Assembly (NCBI GenBank): GCA_965112735.1
Contig: OZ218952.1
Span: 5,518,001 to 5,582,000 of the forward strand
Direction: 5' to 3'
DNA from: Phaeosaccion multiseriatum
Lineage: Eukaryota; Protista; Ochrophyta, other classes
Length of the DNA stretch: 64,000 bases
The notes beneath the pieces were generated by a model that ran no database searches, was not told where the DNA came from, and saw only the letters and a program-made list of their open reading frames with translations. Positions 51,373 to 63,349 of this stretch are shown here, one piece after another; the stretch's first letter is position 1; each line of letters begins with the position of its first letter. The position numbers were made by a program, and so were the translations under genes.

Positions 51373-54300
51373 ATGTCTAGTGTTGAGGAGGAGCGTAGAA
51401 TACTCACAGCCATCTTTCACGCCACGAGCGGATCCGGTTGGGCTAACACTACAGGAGTGACGGTAGAGAATGGCTATTTGGTGACGCTCGACCTGAAATA
51501 CAACGGCCTCAGAGGTGAGAGAGGTGTGATTATGGTTGTTGTGCCTTACGTCCTGAAGAGCATTCTTAAAGTCTGTTCAGAATGTTCGAATAGTTCTCTC
51601 TCTGTTCATGCAACAGTACATGTGATAGGGGGGGGGGATTATTAGCCCCCCTTGTCACAATTATTAGCCCTCCTTGCATGTGATGGGTCTAGAATATTCG
51701 GGAAGAAGGACGAAGCAAAGCGGGGCAAGAGAAGGCGGGAGGCAGCGGCATGACGTGGTAGTCCAGCGAACCCTTGGCGTCCCTTTCACTTGATATGAGT
51801 ATGACCAAAGAACTCTCCTCCCATCCGCAGGGAGCATTGAGCTCACCGGTGAGTGGTACGCGCACCCGTTCGCGTCCCTTTCACTTGATATGAGTATGAC
51901 CAAGGAACTTTCCTTCATACTCAGGGCTCATTCCACCCGAGCTTGGAAGTCTGGAGAAGCTCAAGCGTTTGAGCCTCTCCCACAACAGGCTCACTGGTAA
52001 GTGGTACACACACCCGTTCGTGTCCCTTTCACGTGTTATGAGTATGACCAAAGAACTTTCCTCCCATCCGAAGGGAGCATTCCAACGGACCTTGGAAGTC
52101 TGGAGAAGCTTGATCATTTGGACCTCTCCTTCAACGAGCTCACTGGTAAGTGGTACGCGTACCCGTTCGCGTCCTTTGACTTGATCTTGGTCTGACCAAA
52201 GAACTTCCCTCCGCTCCGCAGGGAGCATTCCGGAGGGGCTTACAAGTCTGGAGAAGCTTGAGCACTTGGGCCTCTCCGACAACAAGCTCACTGGTAAGTG
52301 GGACGCACAGCCGTTCGCGTCCCTTTCACTTGATATGGGTGTGACTCAAGAACTTTCCTCCATCTATAACCCAACAATATTCCCTCCGATACACAGGCCC
52401 TATTCCCGCTGCCCTCATCGGGCGATTGGGGATCAAAATTACGCATTACGCCTTCCGTGGTAACAATCTCAGTCTCCCAAAAGACGTCAACACCCAGACC
52501 CATCTGACCAAGCTCGATTTGTCCCATCAGGACCTTGTAGGTAGGTGGTACGCGAACCCGTTCGCGTCCCTTTCGGTTGATAGTCGTGTGACCAAAGAAC
52601 TTCCTCCCGTCCGCAGGGAGAATTCCACAGGAGCTTAGAAGTTTGGAGAATCTTGAGGTTTTGAGCCTCTCCTACAACCGGCTCACGGGTAAGTGGAACG
52701 CACACCCTTGCGCATCCCCTTGGACTTGATATTGGTCGAGCTGAAGAACTTCCCCCCCATCTCAGAGAGTATTCCATCGGAACTTGGAAATCTTTCAAAC
52801 CTTCGAGAACTGGGCCTCAACTTTAACAATCTAAAAGGTAGGTGGTAGTGAACGCTTTTGCGCCCCTTTGATTTGATATCAGTGTGACCAAAGAACTCTC
52901 CTCCCATCCGCAGGTCACATTCCAAAAGAGCTTGGAAGTCTTAAGAACCTGACGGTGCTCAACCTGTGGGAAAACCAGCTCAGCGGTAAGTGGTCGCATA
53001 CACGTTCACGCCCCTTTGACTTGATATAAGTGTGACCAACGAACTTTCCATCCACCCGCAGGGAGCATTCCAAAGGAGCTTGGAGACTTGAAGAAGCTTG
53101 AGCGTTTACTTCTCAGCCGCAACAAGCTCACCGGTGAGTGGTACGCACACTCCGTTCGCCTCCCTTTGATGTGGTATTCGTCTAACCAGAGAACATCCCT
53201 TCGCTCCGCAGGGAAGATCCCATCCGAGCTCGGCAGTCTCCACCAGCTGACGCGGCTTGATCTCGCCAGCAACGATTTCTCCGGTGAGTTATACGGGCGC
53301 CCATTCGCGCCCCGTTGACACGTTTGCGTATAACCCAACATGTTCCCTCCGATACACAGGTCCTATTCCCCCTGCCCTCATCAGGCGATTGGGGATCAAC
53401 ATCCCGGATTACTCTTTCAGTGGTAACAACCTCAGTCTCCCAGGAGACATCGACACCCAGACCCATCTGACCAAGCTCGATTTGTCCAATCAGGGCCTTG
53501 TGGGTAGGTTGTACACACACCCGTTCGCGTCCCCGTGACTTGACGTAGGTATGACCAAAGAGCTTTCCTTCCATCCGCAGGAAGCATTCCGGTGAAGCTT
53601 GGACAGCTTTCAAACCTTCGAGAACTTCGGCTCAACGGGAACAATCTAGAAGGTTGGTGCGCGAACCCGTTCGCGTCCCTTTCACTTGATTTTTGTATGA
53701 TCAAAGAGTTTTCCTCCATCCCCAGAGAGCATTCCACCCGAGCTTGGAGGTCTTCAGAACCTTGAGATACTGCTCCTAAACAACAATAAGCTCACTGGTA
53801 GGTGGTACGCGTACCCGTTCGTGTCCTTTTGGACTTGATATTGGTCGAGCTGAAGAACTTCCCTCCCCTGCGCAGGGAGCATTCCAAGGGAGCTTGGAGA
53901 CTTGAAGAAGCTGGAGCGTTTACTTCTCCGCAGCAACAAGCTCACCGGTGAGTGGTACGCACACCCCGTTCGCGTCCCTTTGATGTGGTATTCGTCTAAC
54001 CAGAGAACATCCCTCCGCTCCGCAGGGAAGATCCCATCCGAGCTCGGCGATCTCCACCAGCTGACGCGGCTTGATCTCGCCAGCAACGATTTCTGCGGTG
54101 AGTTATACGGGCACCCATTCGCGCCCCGTTGACACGTTTGCGTATAACCCAACATATTCCCTCCGATACACAGGTCCTATTCCCCCTGCCCTCATGATGC
54201 GATTGGGGATCAACATCACGAATTACTCTTTCAGTGGTAACACCCTCAGTCTCCCAGAAGACATCGACACCCAGACCCATCTGCCCAAGCTCGATTTGTC

Positions 54301-57300
54301 CAATCAGGGCCTTGAAGGTAGGTGGTACGCGTACCCGTTCGCGCCCCCTTGACACGTTTGTTTATAACCTACTTCTAACATCTTCCCTCTGATACATAGG
54401 TCGTATCCCCCCCCCCCTCATCGGGCGATTGGGAATCCACATCAAAATATTCGCATTCGGTGGCAACTCTCTCAGACTCCCCAAGGACATTCACAACCAG
54501 TCACACCTGACTAAGCTCGAATTGGCCGATCAAGGCCTTGAGGGTGAGTGGTACACGCACCCCAGTTCGCGTCCACTTGATATTCGAGCCGATGTAACTC
54601 TCCTCTGCTCGGCAGGCAAGATTCCAAAGGAGCTGGGCGAACTTAGGAGCTTGACCGTCCTGGACCTCTCCGACAACAAGCTCAGAGGTAAGCCTACTCG
54701 TTATCTCCAACCGCCCGTGCCGCTACCGTAGTGTTTGACGTAAGACGTCCCTTCCCCTCCACAGGCGCTATTCCAGCGGCCCTCATCGGGCGATTGGGAG
54801 TCCAGATCACAAGCTACAAATTCAAGGGCAAGAACAACTCTCTCCGTCTCCCCAAGGGCATTGGCACCCAGTCACACCTCACTGAGCTCGACATGTCCGA
54901 CCAGGGCCTTGAAGGTGAGTGGCCTCCGTTGTCAAATTCACTTGGTACTTGAATTGATTGACAAACTCCTCCACGCCACAGGGAGCATACCATCGGGTCT
55001 TAAAGACCTACAGAACCTGAAGATACTCAATCTCAACATGAACAGGCTCAAAGGTATGTGGTACGCGAACCCGTTGTCCACCTCACTTGATCTTTCTATG
55101 ACCAAACAATGCTCCTCCCGTCTGCAGGCGAGATTCCGAAGCTGGACGGTCTGACGAACCTGACCACCCTTCACCTCGCAGCGAACAACCTCAGCGGTAA
55201 GTGCTACGCGAACGCTTGTCCACTTCACTTGATACTAGTGTGACCAAAGACTTTTGTTCCACTCCACAGGGAGCATTCCAGCCTGGAATTTCGGGCCTGG
55301 AGGTCTCCACGGGCTGACCACGCTGTCACTCTCTAGTAACGAGCTCACCGGTAAGTGGTACACTCGTACCTTCTGACGCCCCCTCATATTGGTAGGATTT
55401 GGTTCCTTTAGTGCAGGTCTTACTTCCCTCGTTATTTATGTTCCTGGTGGCCTTTCCTGTTGGCCTTTGCTTCCCCCCCCCCGCTTGCCTCGTTGCCCAG
55501 AGCTCGATCTTGAGACCGCTCAGAGCTTACTCGAGCATACCCCCGCTGCACTCATATCTGGGAATGCGTTTGCCAACATTCCTAACGGCGTCTGCCGAAA
55601 TGGGCTGGCATCTGTCGTTCGATTTCTGGAAGATTTGGCACAGAGAGCCGTGGCTTGCTGGGATCTGAAGGTCGTATTGCTAGGGTCAGAGGGTGCTGGA
55701 AAAACGAGTCTTGTTCGCTCCATCGTGGAGCGTGGTGCTGCCCAGACGGAGGGCGCATCGCCATCCACCGTGCTGGTGGATACTCACGTTTGGCAACCAA
55801 GATGGGATGACAAGACCCTGAATGTGCACTTCTGGGACATCGGCGGTCAGCACTGCTCCTCGGCGATTCTCCCGCTTTTTCTGACCGAAGGGGCGCTGTA
55901 TGTTTTGGCGGTTGATCTCCACCGCTACGCTACCACTCCGTCTTCAGCGAGGTGTGATGTGACGCACTGGCTTGAGGTGGTTCAGGAACACTGCCCAGGG
56001 AGTGTGTTGGTTGTGGTGGGCACCCACACCGATGAGTTTCGAACACGTCAAGGGATTGATGAAGCTCTAGCACGTCTGAATCGTGAGGTGCTGGACCACA
56101 GAGAGAGTATGAGTATCGGGGCACAATCATCTTCAAAGATTGAGGTGAAAGAGGTCTTTGCTCTCGGGGTCGACTCACCTAAAAGTGTGCAGGCTGTGAT
56201 GGATCACATTCAAAGCCTTGCGCTGGGTCAGGGTCAGGGTCAGGATCAGGGGCAAGGTCAGGGTGACGCGCAGCAGGCGCAGCAGGGGCAGCAGGGGCAG
56301 CAGGGGCAAGGTCTTGGCGTATCGCCAGCGTGTAAGCCCTTCCCGGACATAGGTAAGCAAATCCCAAAATCGTGGAGGGATGTGTACAATGCGCTCGATA
56401 ACCTGAGGAAGAAGGGGCGCGTATTTGCTTCGTTTTCTGATGTGGTGGAGGAAGTAGGGAGGGGTGGAGAGAGCACCACACGTGAGGCCTTGCGCCTTCA
56501 CCAGAATGCAGGCTTTGTGCTTTGGGGAGGCCATGCTGACGATGTGATTTATCTTGATCCGGCGTGGTTGATGGCGTTGCTAAGGCCGTTGGCTGACCAC
56601 AAGCTGAGCGAGCGTCGAGAGAACAGCACCTGGGAAAAGGGTGAAGATCAACTCTTTGCGCAGGGGGAGAGTCATGCACATCTCGTGGGAGGGCAAGTCG
56701 TGTACCGTGATCTGCGTGTGGAGGGGGACACCTTTTGCCACACCGGTCATCTAAATCGCGCCTACCTAAGCCTTCTGTGGAAGCTTTGGCACCAGTGCCC
56801 GCTGGAAGGTGAAGTGATTCAAGGATGCAGTGATGCGAGGCGACTCGCTCCGTCCAGAGTCCTGGAAGACGCACCATTGTTCAAGACCACGCTGAACACT
56901 TTGGTGCGGAAGGGTATTCTCATTCCTGTGAAAGAGGGTGCGGAGACTAGTAAATACGTCGTTCCTGCACGCCTGGCGAGTATGAGTGAGCGGGGTCCTC
57001 TGCGTGCATTCAGACGATGGGGCACAGGGGGCAGGGTGTGGGAAAAGAGAGTCACGGCCGCACGCGGAATGCCCTTTCCAATGAGCACCCTGGCGCTCTT
57101 TCTGGCTTCGGTCGGCAGTGCTCGTCAAGTGGATATAAAGGCATGTTCGAGCAGGAGCGCGTGTATTTTGATCAAGGGTGTTGCCACTTTCGTAGCGGTC
57201 AGAGACTTTGATTGTTCCGTGTACGTTTGTGGCGATGGCGTCTCTGCACAAGCAGCTCTGAACACGTGCCACAGCTGGCTCTGGTCGACGTTAGACAACG

Positions 57301-58044
57301 AAAACAACAAGTTGTCGGGGCTGGGGTGTAGGAACGTCACGGACCCCCCCCCCAACTCATACCGTTTTTTCAAGCCTCAAGTGGAAAGGGGCGGTGCCTG
57401 ATGCTGGCAAGTACGACGTGTTTCTGAGCCACTCTGGGGAGGAGAAGCGGGGCATTGGACTTACGCTGCACACGATCTTGGAGCTGAGAGGAATTCCGAC
57501 TTTCTTGGACGAGCCAAGCTTGCACGGAGGCGATCGCGCGGAGGACAAGATGCTCAAGGTGGCCCGCACCGCCCCGATTGGCGTGATCGTGCTGAGTCCG
57601 TCTTTTGTGTGCCGAGAGTGGCCTCTTCAGGAGATGCAAATCTTCATGGAGAGGGCGGAGAAGGCGAAGAGGGGTGAAGAAAAGTTCAAGTTGGTACCGC
57701 TATTCTTCGGGCTGACGGCTGAAGAATGCGGTGAAATGGAGCTACTACAAGGAAACCATCCTAGCGTGAAGGATACGTGGGACGAATGGAAAGGATTGAA
57801 ATGGGGTTGGCAGAAGGAGACGGAGAATAGAGCGAGTGACCTTGCTAAAAGGCTGCTGACGAGTGTGGGTGCACACACGGGTGTCCGCAATGACCAGCGA
57901 GAAGGTCTACTTGCTTTGGCCGAGCGAGTGGCCAACGTGGTGGAGAAGAACGTGACGGAGTTCGAGCATGAGAAGAGAGCTGCACCTAACACGAGCGGAA
58001 GGGATAAGGAGGTTGTTGAACCTACGTCAAGCAGTGCGAATTGA
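51373..58044 (+). CDS. LRR-ROC-COR-TIR protein B (24 exons); the TIR is out of frame, best explained by a C10 run at 57344-57353
   Basis: N-cap exon 51373-51514, 22 LRR cassette exons between 51831 and 55350, terminal exon from 55501 with LGSEGAGKTS, WDIGGQ, GTHTD and IYLDPAWL. TIR YDVFLSHSG...EWPLQEM lies in the +1 frame; removing one C fuses them. Confidence 0.85.
51755..55370 (+). repeat. LRR exon/intron cassette array B (22 cassettes)
   Basis: Same intron consensus as array A; exon sizes 18, 69, 72, 81, 144 and 150 nt; all introns phase 1. Confidence 0.92.
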
Positions 58045-58527
58045 AGGCCGCCAGCATATGACGGATAATACAAAGAGTGAAGAGAGAGGCAACCACACAC
58101 GTCTCTCAATTACTTTTGCTTATTTGCTCGCCTCCTGATAAGTGTGGCTGGGCGACGTCGAGGTTGCTTCTAGTATTCCTTCCTGGATCGCTCGCTCCCA
58201 GTGTCGATATCGCTGCTGCTGTCTCCTTTCCTCCTTTCCTGTGAGTACGATCACTGCCGACTCGCCCTCTTCGACGGACACGTTCAAGCACTGCGAGGAG
58301 GGATGAGGACAAGGACGGACAGACGGAGCGGACATGAAGTAGACACGAGCAGGGCCAACGCGACGAGTTAGTTTGTATTCGTAGCTCAGTCCTCCTCCAA
58401 AAGAAGGCAAAGCGCTCACCCTGACTACGCCCATCTCGTCGCTCTCGGTGGATGAGCAGCTGCGCTGCCGGCCAAGCTCAGAGGCTCACCCCGCTGGTAT
58501 ACCGTCCATATCCCCCTTCGGTGCTGC

Positions 58528-60385
58528 TGGCACAGCGGGGGAGGTGAGGCCATCGATCCACAAAGAGGTTGAGTCACGATTAGCGTGTGCATACGGAAGA
58601 GCGCGCACAGTCAGGAGGAGAGCGAGCCCTTGCTCTCCACAGTCAGTAGCTCCTGCAACAAAAGAAGCTGTAAGGTCTCTGTGATACTACTCGTACTTCA
58701 CTCTGTTCTACTGCGAAGTATCTACTTGCGAGCTGACCTTGTCGTGTGTCCGCGGCCCAGTGAAGAGCGCCGCCTCGAGCCTCGAAGGCATGAGGCCTTG
58801 CTGAGGCCTTGCTTCTGGACGAAGCTGGGCAGACAGAGAGAGCGCGCGCCAACACACACACAGAGAGAGAGAGAAAAGAGGGCAGAGAAGTGCCAAGGGA
58901 AAGCATCAGAAGGGGGGGGAGGGAGACTTGAGAAGGACATTTTTCGATAGAGGGAGAGAGACACACAGATTAGAGAGGTAGAGTAGGGCAGAGTGCAGAG
59001 AGGGAGGGACAAGAGGCACACGCGGGCACAGGAGAGGAGTTGATCGGAAGAGGGCGGGGGTAACAAGACGCAGGACGAGGGGGGAGGCGGAGAGGGAGAG
59101 GGAAAGAGTGAGACAGAGTCAGAGAGAGGGGAAGAAAGAGAGATTGGAGAGAGATAAATACAAACACACGCAGAGAGAGATTCCAGAGAGATTGATGGAG
59201 ACACCAGAGCAGGAATGATACATGGAGAGAAGAGACACAGAGAGAGAGCAGCCCTCACTCACCGCGGTGACGTGTCTCCAGAACCACGACTAGAGCATGT
59301 AGCCCAGAACCACGACTAGAGCATGTAGCCCAGAAGCAACAGTAGTAGCAGCAGCGGCAGCAGTAGCAGCAGCAGCAGCAGCAGCAGCAGCAGGGCCCCG
59401 AGCCTGGGGAGCAGAACTTGTCTGTGGACAGAGGGGCCGTACGCAAAGTACATGTGGATTCCTCATGTGCGTCAGCGTTTGGGCCAGGAAAGGAGTGTGA
59501 GTGCGTGCGTGTGCGTGCGTGCGTGCCGTGTGTGCCGTGACGTTGCGTTTGTGACTGACCTGGGTAGTCCTCCTCAGAAGTCTTCGATATCTGTTTGTTG
59601 CACAACACCAACACACACGCACCTCTCTGCAGCAGCAAGTAGGGTATGAGACATAGCAGCCCCAATACAACGACAGCACGTTTGGCACGTGTGACGGAAC
59701 ATGGACGTCTCCACCCAAGGAGAAGATGGTGAAGAAGGCGATGGCAGCAAATGGCAGGAGCACGGGGATGCCCGGGCTGTACATGAGGCACACCGTGACG
59801 ACCATGCCGATGTGGGTGCAGCGAGCCTGCCAGTGGGTTGGTGGGGGTGGGTCGTGTCAGGACGGGGAGGTGGCAGTGGTGGTGGGTGGTGTCAGTTACA
59901 GTGGGGTAGTTAGTACGGTAGGGTTTTCGGCATTCATGACCTTAATCAGACCCCCTCGTACCCTTCTGCCCGCCACCGATGTTGGACACAACACAAGGTC
60001 CGACAGGGGGGGGGGGCGAGGCAGGTACAAATGGAGAGCATATCGTCGCATTGTCTCGGGGTCAAGAGGTTGGGACTGAATGGCACGGACAAGAGGGAAG
60101 GGTTCTGGCCTCTGTTGATTGGCCCTTCGGTGTTGTATGAATGCTTCGCCTGCCTTGCAGTTTGGCTTCCTCACTCATTCACTCCCTCTTTCATTCGCTC
60201 CCACCTACTCACTCACTCACTCACTCACACACTCACTTAAGTGCTCTCTCACCCCCTCCCTCCCCTGCTTACCACGCCGTCTTTGGCGAGGTTGACTCCG
60301 AAGATGGCGAAAATGATGGTGCTGTAGGCGATGGTGCTCACGGCTATGTTGATAAGCTTCAGCACCAAAGAGCGCTTGCTTTTCT
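58528..60385 (-). pseudogene. TMC/OSCA-like membrane channel gene remnant, copy 2
   Basis: SLVLKLINIAVSTIAYSTIIFAIFGVNL and VVTVCLMYSPGIPVLLPFAAIAFFTIF; collinear nucleotide similarity with 48187-50400. Confidence 0.5.
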
Positions 60386-61557
60386 GGGGGTGGGGGGTTA
60401 GGGGAGGAAGGGAGGGAGGGAGGGAGGCAAGGATTGAGTGATTGAGTGAGTGAGGGAGGGCATCAGACAAAGAGACCGCTCCTTGAAGTCACGAACAGGT
60501 TGCTACATGGAGCCAAAAAGGGAACAGCGAGAGGAAAGGAGGAAGGAAGGACGAAGCAAGGGAATGCACATGAAGGAGTGAGAGGGAGTATGCTGCTCAC
60601 AGACAGGGGAGTGCGCTTCTGATTGATGGAAGAGTGGAGGGCGAGCTGCTGACAAAGGGGGGGTCTCGTGTGCGGAAGATACGACGGGGGGGGGGGGGGG
60701 AGGAAGCGTTGCGAGGCGTGAGGGTCGGAGGAGAACAAGGCTCAAGGATTCTGTACTGTACGAGAGAGAGCGAGAGGGAGAGGAGTTAAATGCCTACCTG
60801 CACCAAGCTCGATCACAAGAGTGTGGTGTTGTGGAAGATAAGCCGCAACCGCGAACAAGTCGCTCGTGTCCTGGAGAGAGGGAGGGTAGGGTGACAACAG
60901 GGTAGAAGAGGGTAGGGAAAACATCAGCTCCAAGGGGTTTTGGGCTTTGGCGTGCTCTTCTCACACAAAAGCCTGCACACCCAAAAAGTGACCTACGATC
61001 AGGTAGACCGACACCCCTCTCTCTCTCTACCTCCTTCGCTTTCTCCCTGATGTTTCCAAGCATCAGGACCATCCATGCCCACACACCTGTCGCTGGCTGT
61101 GCCCCCCCCCTCTCCGTCTCCATCAATAACTTAGTGCTACTCCACTGCCACACCGCCCCTCACTGGACTGGGAAGAGCAGACACGAATACATCTCCCTGG
61201 GCCAGACGTCTGCGAAGCTGCACACGTTCTCGTCGTTTGGGTCCTCGAACAGGATCCAGCTCTCTCGCGGGAAAAAACACGCCATTGTCCCAGCCAAATG
61301 ATGATGACTGACATCCCAGTGGCATCACGTGTTGGTGATCCAAATCTTCACAGGAAGGCGACCTATTATCCACATAGCTGGGGCCCTGCTGCTGAAGAGG
61401 GAGGTACAGTGTGGTACAGTCCACCCTGTGAGAAGACTTGTCACGCCTTTGGAAGTAGTGGCGGCTAGGGGACTTCCTCTGAATGGAGGCAGCACAGGCG
61501 GGACGGGAGAAAACCTAAACTCCTTTAAAGTGCAGTGTTTCGCATAATGGAGCGGCA

Positions 61558-62045
61558 CTTGGGGCCTTCTTCTTGGCCACAACCGGAGCGAGATGGAGGG
61601 AAATGGATGGAGCAACGACAAAAAACCCCTTTGAAGAATTTGCGTGGAGGGAGACGAGGATGGATACGTGGTGGGTTTTGAGCTGCCCCACAATGGGACC
61701 CAAGGTAAGAAGGTCGTGGAGGTTGTGGGGCTGGGGTCAGGGTTGGTATCCCCCTTGCGCGTGTTCATCTCTACATGCGGCTGGGGAAGATAGCGCTCTT
61801 GCTGAAGAAAGGAATGTCTTCGGGGTGGTTGCCAGTGACTGCCTACAACTCCCCCTTAAAAGGTTTGGGACTCAGCTTTGAGTGTAGGTGGGAAAAGGGA
61901 CTTGGCGTTTATAATGAGCAAGAGCATTCCCCATCTCGCATTTCACTAACGGAGCATTCCGTCGGAGCTATGTTAGATAGACCAGCTCTCCGATTTCCTG
62001 GGGCTGCGAGCCTGTCCGACAAGTACCTCACAGGTAAGTGGTACG
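61558..62045 (+). pseudogene. Decayed third LRR(-ROCO) locus: frameshifted N-cap exon plus one degenerate LRR exon
   Basis: LGAFFLATTGARW / GWSND / GYVVGFELPHNGTQG|GTAAG parallels AIFYATSGPAW..GWNTE..GYVVKLDLKSNGLRG. 61951-62033 reads SIPSEL...SLSDKYLT and is followed by GTAAGTGGTACG. Confidence 0.7.
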
Positions 62046-63349
62046 ATAGCAGTGGTTTGCGCCGAAGCTAGACAAGGACGGGCTCAAGCTGGACGCAGAC
62101 AAGCTTCGCACTGACAAAGTCCTCACTGAGGTCTTTGCCAGGGCTGTTTAGAATGCTGTCCTGGACAAGAACAGGGAGAGTGAGCAGGAGGAGAGCGGGC
62201 GGTCTTTCAACAAGGACCTGGGGTGTAGCTCTGCTGGAAAAGCTCGTGGACTTGGGTGTCGTCTTCGAGAAGGCGGATCCTGGTGATGACGCCATTCGTG
62301 CCGAAGTCTCCCCGCGCATGCCAGATCCGATGGTTGACAAGCAGGGGCAGAAACTATGAGATGCGGCACAGTCGGTCAGCGATTCTTTGAACGACAAGGA
62401 GGTTAATTTTAAAGCAGCTGTGCCTCACGCTGGAGCGCCCCCCTTCGCTAGGCACGATTGCGAAACTGGCGGCGACTCTCTGTGGTGGTGGGCTGGAGGC
62501 AAGGGGCGTGGTTTGCTGCTACCGAGGAGGCTACATGGCCTGTCGCAGCTGCGTGACCAGCGAGAAGATGTGTTTGCTTTTGCCATAAGAGTGGCCGGCA
62601 CAGTGAAAGATACGTTGATTTGTCACCATCCCGATACATGCAGATACGCAAGCATTCAAGTAAAGTTCAATCGTCACCCCAAGTTGGCGTACAGAAAAAG
62701 TCGATTGTCGTATCCATTACTCAACCTTTAGGAGGGAAGAGATTCGTGTGGAACTCCCCCCCTTCCCCCTTGTTGATGTGTCAATCATCGACACGGGATG
62801 GATCTAGATACAGATAGAAGGGTGTCGCAGAACCCACAGTCCAGCCTACGACGACAATTGTCAATTAGACTACTACTAGACAAGTGGAGCGACTGGTACG
62901 TGTATTAATACAGCTTAACCCGAGAGCAAGCCTGCTGGCTGCCCTGTCCTTACACAACCAGGCTCTGAGAGAGGAACCCAGGCTCCTGAGCGACGTGCGT
63001 CAGTACTTCGCATATCACAAATGGCATCGACCTACAAACATCCCCAATGCCTAACCCCAGCTTCTTGCTCCCCCCTCATTAGCACTATATACTACTGTAA
63101 CCCCCATACTGCCACACTAACTAACACTACTGCAACTGCATACTACCCCGCTAACTAATACTTAAACTACAAGGCCTAGAAGCCAAAATGCGAGGGATAA
63201 TACTGCAGCTCCAGGAAAGAGGGCAGCCCAGCACCACTCCCAATCGGCCTCCTCCTCTTTCTCCTTCTTATCTTATCACACATTTCAAGCACACCCTTTC
63301 ACTTCCCCCCCCCACCCTCCTGTTTGCTTTCCCTCTGTCTCTTGCTTTT

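Noticed and set aside
43784-55350. CRISPR-like array (palindromic repeats with variable spacers)
   Set aside because: The repeats are GT-AG introns and the spacers are homologous in-frame LRR exons; no cas genes are visible and the context is eukaryotic.
57394-58044. Stand-alone TIR gene
   Set aside because: The predicted start is GTG, there is no separate promoter space, and a one-base change in the C10 run fuses it to ROC-COR as in gene A.
62820-63180. Possible 3' end of a non-LTR retroelement (short ORF end plus ACT-rich tail)
   Set aside because: No RT or endonuclease motif or target-site duplication is recognisable.
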